From Oscillospiraceae bacterium (GTDB lineage Bacteria; Bacillota_I; Bacilli_A; RFN20; CAG-288), in contig CAVJZP010000001.1 of NCBI GenBank assembly GCA_963654365.1, positions 16,862 through 80,861 on the forward strand: a DNA stretch of 64,000 nucleotides, written 5' to 3'. The first letter of the stretch is position 1; every line of letters starts with the position of its first letter. The position numbers and the translations under genes are program-made. Shown in pieces: positions 37,444 to 46,394 of the stretch. Under the pieces are notes generated by a model. It was not told where the DNA came from. It saw only the letters and a program-made list of their open reading frames with translations, and made no database searches.

Positions 37444-39201
37444 ATGGAAAACGAAAACAAAGATATTCTTCAGAACACCTCAGAAGAAAAAATCAATCGT
37501 CCCTATGAGGGCAAGACTCTCTCGGAGATTCTTGCCTCTCAGAAGAGAGACGACGCTATCCTCTCTGTCCGCAATCTTCATGTCTCCTTCAAGACAGATG
37601 AGGGTTTAGTCCATGCTGTCCGTGGTGTTACCTTTGATCTTTACAAGGGTGAGACACTCTGCATCGTCGGAGAATCCGGCAGCGGAAAGTCCGTTACATC
37701 CAAGACTATCATGGGTATCTTAGGCGCCTCCGCTTTGATTGAACAGGGTTCTGTTCTCTATGAAGGAGAGGACCTTACCAAGATCGATGAGAGTGAATTC
37801 CATCGTATCCGTGGACATAAGATCGGCATGATCTTCCAGGATCCTCTTTCCTCTCTCAATCCGATCATGAAGGTCGGAAAGCAGATTACGGAAGCAATGT
37901 TGGTCAACGGAAACCTCTTGAAGAGAATGAAGAATGATATCATCTCCAAAGAGAATGCAGAGTATAAGAACAATGTAGTCACAAGAAATTCTGTCTACAG
38001 CAAAGCAGACAGAAGAGTCGAATCCTCGGATGAAGAGTATGAGAAGAAAGTCTACGCTCTTCAGACCAAGGTCAATGAAGCGGATCTTGCAAGAGATCAA
38101 TATCAGAAAGACACTCCAGAATACAAGAAAGCCAATGAGGAATTCTTAGCTCTGAAAGCAGAGACAAAGAATCAGATCAAGGCTCTGGAACAGGAGAAGA
38201 AGAAAGAGCATGCCCGTCTTGTCAAGGAGGGCAATGCGGAAAAGAAGGAAGCCGACCGAATCTATAAGGAGAAACTTCCTGCTTTGAAGGCAGCTTTGAA
38301 GGCAAAGACAAAAGAGGCCGACATAAAGGTCAAAGAGTTCAAAGCCCAGGAAAAAGAAGCCTATCAAAAGGAGTCTTCTGAGATCAAGGCAAGACTTTAT
38401 CCTCTTCTTAAGGAATACTATCTGACGAAGGATTCCAACAGAAGAAAGGAAATCCGTCCTCAGATTGATGAGGACAAGAAGGCTTTGAAAGCCTCGAAGG
38501 AAAAGTATCAGTCGAAACTTCGCATCTCCAAGAAGGAAGCTAAAGAAAAAGCTTTGGCTGTCATGAAAGAGGTCGGTATTCCTCAGCCGGAACAGAGATT
38601 CAAGCAGTATCCGTTTGAGTTCTCTGGCGGTATGAGGCAGAGAATCGTCATCGCTATCGCTTTAACGGCCAATCCGGATGTCCTCATCTGTGATGAGCCG
38701 ACGACGGCGCTTGATGTCACCATTCAGGCTCAGATCCTTGAACTGATCAACCGCCTGAAGAAGGAAAGAAACATGTCCATCATCTTCATCACGCACGACT
38801 TGGGCGTTGTCGCCAATATGGCCGACAGAGTCGCTGTCATGTATGCGGGTAAGATTGTGGAAGTCGGTACGGTCAATGAGATCTTCTATGACCCGAAGCA
38901 TCCTTATACTTGGGCGCTTCTCTCCTCCATCCCGGACATCGATTCCAAGGAGAAGCTCGAAGCCATTCCTGGTACTCCTCCCTATCTCCTCAATCCTCCT
39001 AAGGGTGATGCCTTTGCGGCAAGAAATAAGTATGCGATGAGCGTTGACTTCTTGCAGGAACCTCCTTACTTCCAGGTATCTGAGACGCATTTTGCGGCTA
39101 CATGGCTGTTGGATGAGAGAGCTCCGAAGACCGAAAAGCCGAAGATTGTCTCTCAGCGTATCAAGGTCTGTTTACAAAAGGCAGGTGTGAAAAATGACTA
39201 A
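37444..39201 (+). CDS. oppD: Peptide ABC transporter ATP-binding protein (OppD-type) with about 200-aa charged insertion
   Basis: Walker A GESGSGKS, Q-loop MIFQDP, signature FSGGMRQR, Walker B LICDEPTTALD, and the C-terminal oligopeptide-ATPase motif HPYTWALLSS. Confidence 0.85.
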   Translation: MENENKDILQNTSEEKINRPYEGKTLSEILASQKRDDAILSVRNLHVSFKTDEGLVHAVRGVTFDLYKGETLCIVGESGSGKSVTSKTIMGILGASALIEQGSVLYEGEDLTKIDESEFHRIRGHKIGMIFQDPLSSLNPIMKVGKQITEAMLVNGNLLKRMKNDIISKENAEYKNNVVTRNSVYSKADRRVESSDEEYEKKVYALQTKVNEADLARDQYQKDTPEYKKANEEFLALKAETKNQIKALEQEKKKEHARLVKEGNAEKKEADRIYKEKLPALKAALKAKTKEADIKVKEFKAQEKEAYQKESSEIKARLYPLLKEYYLTKDSNRRKEIRPQIDEDKKALKASKEKYQSKLRISKKEAKEKALAVMKEVGIPQPEQRFKQYPFEFSGGMRQRIVIAIALTANPDVLICDEPTTALDVTIQAQILELINRLKKERNMSIIFITHDLGVVANMADRVAVMYAGKIVEVGTVNEIFYDPKHPYTWALLSSIPDIDSKEKLEAIPGTPPYLLNPPKGDAFAARNKYAMSVDFLQEPPYFQVSETHFAATWLLDERAPKTEKPKIVSQRIKVCLQKAGVKND

Positions 39202-40474
39202 CGAAAAGAAAAATAACGAAAACATTGTCTGCAATACCAAGTTCCGTCAGGAACTTGTCGACAATGACGTCCTTCTTTCCGTCCGCCATTTGAAGATGTT
39301 CTTCACTCTTGGCCAGGGAAAGAGACTGAAAGCTGTCCATGATGTCTCGTTTGACATCAAGAAGGGAGAATGCTTTGGACTTGTCGGTGAATCCGGTTGC
39401 GGAAAGACTACCACAGGAAGAAGCATCATCGGACTTCATCAGATCACTTCCGGTTCCATCTATTTCAAAGGCTACCGCGTGAATGCGGGAAGCCGTTGGA
39501 ATGAGAAGGAAATCAAATGGAAGAGGATCAAAGGCGAAAACAGAATCAAAGAACTTCGCCAGGAAGAGAAAGCCAAGATCGATGAGATGGATAACACCAC
39601 CTCAGAAGGCAAAGAACAGATTGCTGCTCTCAGGGCAGAATATGATAAAAAGGTCGAAGCAATCCATGAGGAAGTGAATGAAGTCGTGAAGGAACAGAAA
39701 AAGAAGATTGCTGCTATCCGTCACGATAACAAACACGTCTCGAGAAAACTCATGAGCAAGATGCAGATGATCTTCCAGGATCCGATTGACTCTCTAGACC
39801 CTCGTATGACGGTCGAAGACATTATTCAGGAAGGTTTGAAGATTCAGGGGTTCCACAACCGTGAGGAAAATCACAAGAAAGCCTGTGAGGTTCTCGAGGA
39901 AGTCGGATTGATTCCGGATTACTGCTCCCGTTATCCGAACGAATTCTCTGGCGGTCAGAGACAGCGTATCGGCATTGCAAGAGCCATCATCATGAACCCG
40001 GACTTCATGATCTGCGATGAGCCGATCTCTGCACTGGATGTTTCTATCCGTGCTCAGATCATCAATCTTCTCAACGACCTGAAAGTCAATCATGGACTTA
40101 CCTTGATGTTCATCGCTCACGACCTTTCCGTCGTCAAGTACTTCTGCGACCGTATCGCAGTCATGTACTTCGGTGAGATGGTCGAACTTGCCGCTTCGGA
40201 TGAACTCTTCAAGCACCCTCTCCATCCTTATACGAGAGCTCTTCTTTCCGCTATTCCAAAGCCGGATCCGCTCTCTGAAAAGCAGAGACAGAGAATTGTC
40301 TACAATCCGAAGAAGGAGCATGACTATTCCAAAGAATCTCCTACCTTCACAGAGATCCTTCCTGGGCATTTCGTCTTAGCCAACAGTGCTGAGATCGAGA
40401 AGTACAAGAAGATGATTGAAGAGGATGATATCCTCAATGCTGAGAAGGAAAAAGAGTATTCTGAGAACAAATGA
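39194..40474 (+). CDS. oppF: Peptide ABC transporter ATP-binding protein (OppF-type) with about 85-aa charged insertion
   Basis: Walker A GESGCGKTT, Q-loop MIFQDP, signature FSGGQRQR, Walker B MICDEPISALD, HPYTRALLSA. Confidence 0.85.
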   Translation: MTNEKKNNENIVCNTKFRQELVDNDVLLSVRHLKMFFTLGQGKRLKAVHDVSFDIKKGECFGLVGESGCGKTTTGRSIIGLHQITSGSIYFKGYRVNAGSRWNEKEIKWKRIKGENRIKELRQEEKAKIDEMDNTTSEGKEQIAALRAEYDKKVEAIHEEVNEVVKEQKKKIAAIRHDNKHVSRKLMSKMQMIFQDPIDSLDPRMTVEDIIQEGLKIQGFHNREENHKKACEVLEEVGLIPDYCSRYPNEFSGGQRQRIGIARAIIMNPDFMICDEPISALDVSIRAQIINLLNDLKVNHGLTLMFIAHDLSVVKYFCDRIAVMYFGEMVELAASDELFKHPLHPYTRALLSAIPKPDPLSEKQRQRIVYNPKKEHDYSKESPTFTEILPGHFVLANSAEIEKYKKMIEEDDILNAEKEKEYSENK

Positions 40475-40480
40475 ATGTAG

Positions 40481-40507
40481 AAAGGAGCTGATTCTTCAGC
40501 TCCTTTT
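40481..40507 (+). terminator. Rho-independent terminator after oppF
   Basis: GGAGCTGA, loop ttct, TCAGCTCC, then TTTTG. Confidence 0.65.
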
Positions 40508-40814
40508 GAAATGATACATTCTTATCGTTTTTCATTGTATTTCTATGATTTTCTTATCTTTTTGCTATTTTTTTGAAATATTGACAACAGTACAAAATCT
40601 GAAAGCACTTACATTTTTAAAAAGGGTAAGGCAGTGAAATTCATTTCTTCAAAAAATATTGAAAAAATGTTGATTTTCAAGAAAAACTTAAGAAAACTTG
40701 ATAAAAAACAAGAATGCAAAAATATAGGTGTATCCCTATTTCAATTTTAATTATTTTGTGATATTTGAGATAATATCACGCATACGACATATCGTTAATA
40801 AGGAGATAAATATT

Positions 40815-42680
40815 ATGAAGAAAAAAGTAGCTTTATGCTTATCATTGCTCACTCTTGTCGGCTTGGTCGGCTGCGGTAGTGACAAAACATCTGAGACACC
40901 GACGACCGATAGCGGTTCTACGGAAAAGGGTGTCATCAAGTTCACACAGACCACAGTTGAAATTGAACGTAAGGTTTCTAAGACGGTCCGTGTCAACACT
41001 GCAGGTCTTTTGACAGATGATAAGACTGTCCTCTTCTCTTCTGATGAGGATGGAACCATCATCCAGTTAGCAGAACAGGGTTCTGGCGATGTCGCCATCA
41101 AGGTCACTGGTCTCCGTATTGGAACTGCAACTTTGAAGGCAACCTCTGTTGCTGATCCGACTGTCTCTGCCACAATCACCATCAATGTTGTTGCTCAGAA
41201 GAATGCTTTAAGCAAGGTCTGGGGCAACGTCATCAAGAATACAAACTACACCATCGCTTCCTATGATCCGGATGAAAGCGAAGAAGATCCTACCAGTGTT
41301 TTAAAGATCACAGATTCTGCTGCTATCTTCGTCGATAAGGATGATAATGCTCTTATCAGTTCTAAGATTGCAACCGGCGATGATGAGGAAGACACGGAAG
41401 ATGTCGGTTTATATGGTATCGGTATCTCCAAGAATGATTTAGCCTATTACATCATTCAGAAGAAGGATGGAACCTTCTATACTCCTAGTTCCTCCATCAC
41501 GACAAGCCTTGGTCTTTTAAGAAAGTCTAACTTCGTCGGAGCTGGAACTAGCGCTTCCTCCTTCCTCGATGTCTCCACAGTCTATGGTCTTCAGGCCATC
41601 AACCCGAGCTGGCTGACCAGTGTCAAGAATGAAGACAACACCTATGAGATTGAAGGATCTGAATCAGATCTCAATGCCGCTTATACAGAAGCCCTCCTCT
41701 GGGGAATTGTCGATCCTCTTGGAAAGTCTGACCTTATCAATAAGAAGTATGAGGGAAGCTACACCGCTCCGGAAGCCGCTGCATTGATCGATACGACAAT
41801 CACAGTCGTTGACAACAATACCATCTCCATCACTGTCACTGAAACCGAATCTCAGAAAACTCATGTCGCCTATATGCAGAATGTCGGAACGACAGAGCTT
41901 CCTTCTGCCGTCAAGAGCTATATCGATGAAGGTGCCGAGAGTGTCGCTAAGCCTGCTCTTAACTCTGGATTGACTGCTATTGTCGATGCCTTGAAGAAAG
42001 ATGACTTCTCCATCTATCAGAGCATGAACTATGGTTCCTATTATTCCTACTACACTTCTACCTATTACTGGAACGGCGTCACTACCGAGATTGCTGCCGC
42101 TTATAAAGCAAAGTACAATGGGGATCTTGCCTCTGGCGGATATGCAGTTCTCAGCGATGGCATCTATCAGTTCACTTTGACAGAGTCTACAGAAAAGGAT
42201 GGCGATCCTACCATCACATTCGCTGACACTGCAAGTGCCACTTCCACCGATCTTCCTGCTGCTATCGGATACTTCTCCTCTATGGATTGCTTACAGGATG
42301 ATTCGGATGATCTTTACACCTTCCGTGCTCTTTCTACCGCTTCTGGCGGAACCGTCTTCTATTCCACTGCCAAGTCTGTCTCTGATGATATCTCTCCGAT
42401 TTATCTCGGATATGACTTGAAGACTCTTATCGACTATATGGAACAGAATGGATATGACTGTAGTTTCGAAGATTATGGAACCAGCATTCAGCCTAGCTAT
42501 AGCAAAGATGATTCTGGAACATCCTATGTCTCTGCTGTTCAGTTCGGCTTCGGAAACTTCTCCTCTGACGGAAATTCCGGATATGCATATCCTTGCAATG
42601 TCTCTTTGGAACCTGCTTCTAAGACAAACAAGTATGATTCTGCTATCTTAGCCGCTATTGAAGCTGCTAAGGCAGCCTAA
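40815..42680 (+). CDS. Surface lipoprotein with N-terminal Big_2-like domain
   Basis: The ATG at 40815 is preceded by an AAGGAG SD. Lipobox LVGLVGCGS. An Ig-like segment follows (VLFSSDEDGTIIQL...VTGLRIGTATLKAT). The rest is unassigned. Confidence 0.7.
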   Translation: MKKKVALCLSLLTLVGLVGCGSDKTSETPTTDSGSTEKGVIKFTQTTVEIERKVSKTVRVNTAGLLTDDKTVLFSSDEDGTIIQLAEQGSGDVAIKVTGLRIGTATLKATSVADPTVSATITINVVAQKNALSKVWGNVIKNTNYTIASYDPDESEEDPTSVLKITDSAAIFVDKDDNALISSKIATGDDEEDTEDVGLYGIGISKNDLAYYIIQKKDGTFYTPSSSITTSLGLLRKSNFVGAGTSASSFLDVSTVYGLQAINPSWLTSVKNEDNTYEIEGSESDLNAAYTEALLWGIVDPLGKSDLINKKYEGSYTAPEAAALIDTTITVVDNNTISITVTETESQKTHVAYMQNVGTTELPSAVKSYIDEGAESVAKPALNSGLTAIVDALKKDDFSIYQSMNYGSYYSYYTSTYYWNGVTTEIAAAYKAKYNGDLASGGYAVLSDGIYQFTLTESTEKDGDPTITFADTASATSTDLPAAIGYFSSMDCLQDDSDDLYTFRALSTASGGTVFYSTAKSVSDDISPIYLGYDLKTLIDYMEQNGYDCSFEDYGTSIQPSYSKDDSGTSYVSAVQFGFGNFSSDGNSGYAYPCNVSLEPASKTNKYDSAILAAIEAAKAA

Positions 42681-42709
42681 GTGTTGATTATCTGATCGAT
42701 TGATACAGG

Positions 42710-42745
42710 AAAGGACCATTTCCTTCGGAATGGTCCTTTTCTTTC
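42710..42745 (+). terminator. Rho-independent terminator
   Basis: GGACCATTTCC, loop ttc, GGAATGGTCC, then TTTTC. Confidence 0.6.
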
Positions 42746-42771
42746 TATCTGGAATCTTTTAAAATAGTCCT

Positions 42772-43071
42772 ATGAGTAATAAAACATATAAAATCATCAA
42801 CTACATCCTTGTCGCGCTCTTCGTTGGAAGTGTCATCGGCTTTCTCGTGTTACTGAAGGTGACAAAAGAGATGGGTGTCTATCCGACTCTTTGTCTATGT
42901 CTTATGCTTCTTGTCATTGTCGGAATCATCGTTCTGCAGTGCTTTTACCGTGTGACAAAGAAGCCGTTTGAAACGAAGAATCAGATCAAGACATGTTCCC
43001 ATTGCAACACCATTAATGACATCGACGCAGAGTATTGCAAGAAGTGCGGAAAAAAGTTCACGGACAAGTGA
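42772..43071 (+). CDS. Membrane protein with C-terminal zinc-ribbon
   Basis: 99 aa with two TM helices, then CSHCNTINDIDAEYCKKCGKKF (CxxC...CxxC). Confidence 0.55.
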   Translation: MSNKTYKIINYILVALFVGSVIGFLVLLKVTKEMGVYPTLCLCLMLLVIVGIIVLQCFYRVTKKPFETKNQIKTCSHCNTINDIDAEYCKKCGKKFTDK

Positions 43072-43172
43072 ATCTCCTCTTCTTTTTCTTGTATGAGAGC
43101 CGCATTTGTGATATAGTTTCTAATGCTTGACACGTTGAGCACGTGTACGAGCCGGATTGGGAGGTAAATAAC

Positions 43173-43385
43173 ATGAAAAAGGACATTCATCCGAAGTACT
43201 ATCGCGCTAAGGTTACTTGCTTAACCTGTGGAAACACATTCGAGACTGGTTCCACTGAACCTGAAATCAGAGTCGATACCTGCGCAAAGTGCCATTCTTT
43301 CTATACTGGTAAGCTCACTTTTGCAGCTGACACTGGCCGTGTTGCCAAGTTCAGAAAAAAGATGGCTGCTGCCGACAACAAGTAA
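43173..43385 (+). CDS. rpmE: 50S ribosomal protein L31 (Zn-binding type)
   Basis: MKKDIHPKYYRAKVTCLTCGNTFETGS...CAKCHSFYTGK. The ATG at 43173 is preceded by a GGGAGG SD. Both CxxC pairs are present. Confidence 0.92.
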   Translation: MKKDIHPKYYRAKVTCLTCGNTFETGSTEPEIRVDTCAKCHSFYTGKLTFAADTGRVAKFRKKMAAADNK

Positions 43386-43402
43386 GTTATTCTTTGAATC
43401 AT

Positions 43403-43430
43403 CAGAGGACTGCTAAGGCAGTCCTCTTTT
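43403..43430 (+). terminator. Rho-independent terminator after rpmE
   Basis: AGAGGACTGC, loop taag, GCAGTCCTCT, then TTTG. Confidence 0.7.
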
Positions 43431-43466
43431 GTTATTCTTTTTCTGTTTTTGTATAATATTTCCGCT

Positions 43467-46328
43467 ATGAATGAAAACAAATCGATGGATACCCATCTGG
43501 ATTATTTATCCTCTTATAAGAAGATAAAAGAATATCTTAACGGCTTTGACAAGAATAATATCTCCTCCTTCTTGGATTACGATTCTTTTTTGTCCTTATG
43601 GCACGGAAAAAGCCTTATGACATCAAAGGAAGATGCCCGTTTCATCTGCCCTGTCTTTTTGTTGGACAAAGAGAAGAATATCTATATTCCTTTCCTTGTA
43701 TTCCACGCGGAATACAGGGATGGTTCCCTGTATCTGAAAAAGATTCTTCCTATGGTGAATCCTGTTGTAGTTGAACTATTGGAAGAGGAAGGAATCAAGC
43801 CGATGGAATCTTTCACATGGACTATGATTCCCTCTTATCTGAACTCGATTGTGAGCTTATTGGAGACCAATAAGAAGATTGATTCCTATTCTTTGGAATA
43901 CGGAATTTCCTTTTTGAATCCTTCCTTTGCTCTTGCTGTCTCTGTTTATCCTTTCCTTCTGAATCGGATAAAGGGAGAAGAGGTGGAAGAGAAGTACAAA
44001 GGACTCTTCCAGGAGAGAAAGGATTCAAAGATAGAGGAAGAGATGGAAAGGGACAATATCGGATGCTTTGTCCGACTGGAAAGGGCAAAGAAGAGACTGA
44101 ATCTTTATAAGAGCGCAAAGATATCCTATAGCGGAATCGATATTGTCGCTGATGTCCTTTTACGTTTCCTCGACTCTTTTATCGAGAAGAATGAGACAGT
44201 CCTCTTATTGACTCCTTCCTCTGAGATCAGTGCCGTAAAGAAGTTCCTATCCTCTTCTTCCCTGAATGATTTTGTTTTGGATTATGATGACTATAACCTA
44301 GAACATGTCCTCTCCATCATCGATAAAGAGGATTATCACGAAAATACATTCGATGAAGATAGGATGATTCAGTCCTATGATCTGAAGAGGGAGAGATATC
44401 TCTCCTTTGAACAGAAGAAGGAGGAATGCTTCTCTCCGTTAAGGAAGAGAATGACTGCGGATGATATCTCTTTTGTTTTAGAAAACAAGAACACTGTATC
44501 GAATCCACTCTTTATATCAGATTACACAGAAAAAGATTATAAGAAGGACAATGTCTTCCTTTCCTCTTTCTCGATGTATGATAGAGTCATACCAACCTAT
44601 TTAGAAAATCATCCTTTCTATGGATTATCCTCGGATGAGAAAAGAGAGACCTATGACTCTCTTCAGCTTCTGAATATTCAGATACTGAATACTCTGAAGG
44701 AATTATCCATGATGGAGAAAGAGGACACTTTTCTCCATGATTACGGAATCACAATCTCCACACTGAAGGATTATGAAAGAGTGAAGGAATCCTTTGCCTT
44801 ATTAGGGGAATACAATGGATTTCCGAAGAAATATTTCAAGACAAATAAACAGGGAGAGAAAAGACTATCTCTTCCACAGCTGAAGCTTCGCTATCAGGCA
44901 TTGTCTTCTTCTACTCTCTTAGTCTCCAATATCATGGATGAGAAGATATTCAATGAGGATATCTCCTCTCTCTTACTAGACTATGACAAAGGGAATATCT
45001 TTAAGAAGAACAAAGCAAAAAGAAAAATCACTCGCTATCTCAAAGTGAAGAGAGGAACGGATATGAAGACAGTGATCCGTATCCTCACTTCCTATATGCA
45101 GAGCAAAAGTGAATTGGATCGTGTCTTACCGGATTATCAGGATGCCTACGGCGAGAATGTCTCTACGATGAATGGTGTCATGGAGATAGAGAGCAACATC
45201 CGATATATTGAAAAATTCAACCGTTATTCTCTCAAAAATCCGAACTTCTCCTTAGAGCATCCCTTTGTCAAGCGATACCTGAAAGACAAGGAATTCCGCC
45301 AAGATTCCCAGAAGGAATTCAAGGAATTATCCACGAACTATCAGAAACTCACGGAAGAGCTGAATGAGTTCTCCTCCTATTTCCGCTATCAGAGAAAAGA
45401 TTATCTCTCCTCTGACTTAGAAAGACTCAATGAAGAAATCCTGTCTCTCCAGAAACAGGAATATGAAAGTTACAGACAGTATTCTCTGTTTATTGCAAAT
45501 TTAAAAAGCTCATCCAAATTGCTTCAGAATGAAGTTCACCGATACATCTTAAAGAAAAAAACACTCACTCACTTTGCAGAAGAGTTCAGATATGGATTAT
45601 TCCTTTCCCTTTGGCATCAGTGCAGAAAAAACTTCTCTCAGTATGAGAAAGGGTATGAGCAGTCCAAAAAAGAATATGAGGATTCTTTATCCGATACCAA
45701 GGTGGTCAATAGTCTGAACCGATATCAGAATCTAAAGGAGAATGTCTTATCCTTCAAATCTGACCGGTTCCATAGAAGAGAAGAATTGGTGGATAAAGTG
45801 AATTCCCATTCCTATGACCAGGAAGAGAGAATGGAGTTCCTGAAGATGATCTTCTCTCTTGTTCCTATCTCGGTAGGAACGGTAGATAACATTCCTCTTT
45901 TGGATGACTCTTGCTATGATCATGTCATCATATTGGATAGCGGATTCTTCAGCAATGAGGAACTGATCAATGGCTATCGACTTGGTAGGGACATTCTTTT
46001 GTTGAATGACCATACGCTCTTTGATTCGAGGACTCAGTTCTACCATCAGACATTGATAAACAAGGAAACCTTATATCAGAAAGTCTTTGATTTTTCCTCA
46101 TTGAATCAAGAAATTATCAACCGTATGAAAAAAGAATATGAGATGATAGCGGATGATGTCTATCCCTTTATTGCGTTGCAAGATGGAAAGCGATATGCGC
46201 TTCTTCCTGACTGTTTGCTTGACAGAGACCATGATATTCATTTTGCAATGGAATTAGCTATCTTCTTATCTGAAGAAGAGAATCTTACTCTCTCCCTATT
46301 GGATGTTCTGCAACTGCTTCTGAAGTAA
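43467..46328 (+). CDS. Large hypothetical protein, DUF4011/SF1-helicase-like layout with degenerate ATPase motifs
   Basis: Intact 2.9-kb ORF. The first ATG is at 43467 (MNENKSMD...), just after a TATAAT at 43452-43457. Motif remnants are described in findings. Confidence 0.65.
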   Translation: MNENKSMDTHLDYLSSYKKIKEYLNGFDKNNISSFLDYDSFLSLWHGKSLMTSKEDARFICPVFLLDKEKNIYIPFLVFHAEYRDGSLYLKKILPMVNPVVVELLEEEGIKPMESFTWTMIPSYLNSIVSLLETNKKIDSYSLEYGISFLNPSFALAVSVYPFLLNRIKGEEVEEKYKGLFQERKDSKIEEEMERDNIGCFVRLERAKKRLNLYKSAKISYSGIDIVADVLLRFLDSFIEKNETVLLLTPSSEISAVKKFLSSSSLNDFVLDYDDYNLEHVLSIIDKEDYHENTFDEDRMIQSYDLKRERYLSFEQKKEECFSPLRKRMTADDISFVLENKNTVSNPLFISDYTEKDYKKDNVFLSSFSMYDRVIPTYLENHPFYGLSSDEKRETYDSLQLLNIQILNTLKELSMMEKEDTFLHDYGITISTLKDYERVKESFALLGEYNGFPKKYFKTNKQGEKRLSLPQLKLRYQALSSSTLLVSNIMDEKIFNEDISSLLLDYDKGNIFKKNKAKRKITRYLKVKRGTDMKTVIRILTSYMQSKSELDRVLPDYQDAYGENVSTMNGVMEIESNIRYIEKFNRYSLKNPNFSLEHPFVKRYLKDKEFRQDSQKEFKELSTNYQKLTEELNEFSSYFRYQRKDYLSSDLERLNEEILSLQKQEYESYRQYSLFIANLKSSSKLLQNEVHRYILKKKTLTHFAEEFRYGLFLSLWHQCRKNFSQYEKGYEQSKKEYEDSLSDTKVVNSLNRYQNLKENVLSFKSDRFHRREELVDKVNSHSYDQEERMEFLKMIFSLVPISVGTVDNIPLLDDSCYDHVIILDSGFFSNEELINGYRLGRDILLLNDHTLFDSRTQFYHQTLINKETLYQKVFDFSSLNQEIINRMKKEYEMIADDVYPFIALQDGKRYALLPDCLLDRDHDIHFAMELAIFLSEEENLTLSLLDVLQLLLK

Positions 46329-46354
46329 TTGTTATTTTTTCTAATGGAAAGACT

Positions 46355-46390
46355 AAAAAACGAGCGCTTAAACGAGAACGCTCGTTTTTA
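46355..46390. terminator. Bidirectional terminator between convergent genes
   Basis: AAAAAACGAGCG pairs with CGCTCGTTTTT. Confidence 0.55.
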
Positions 46391-46394
46391 TTGA

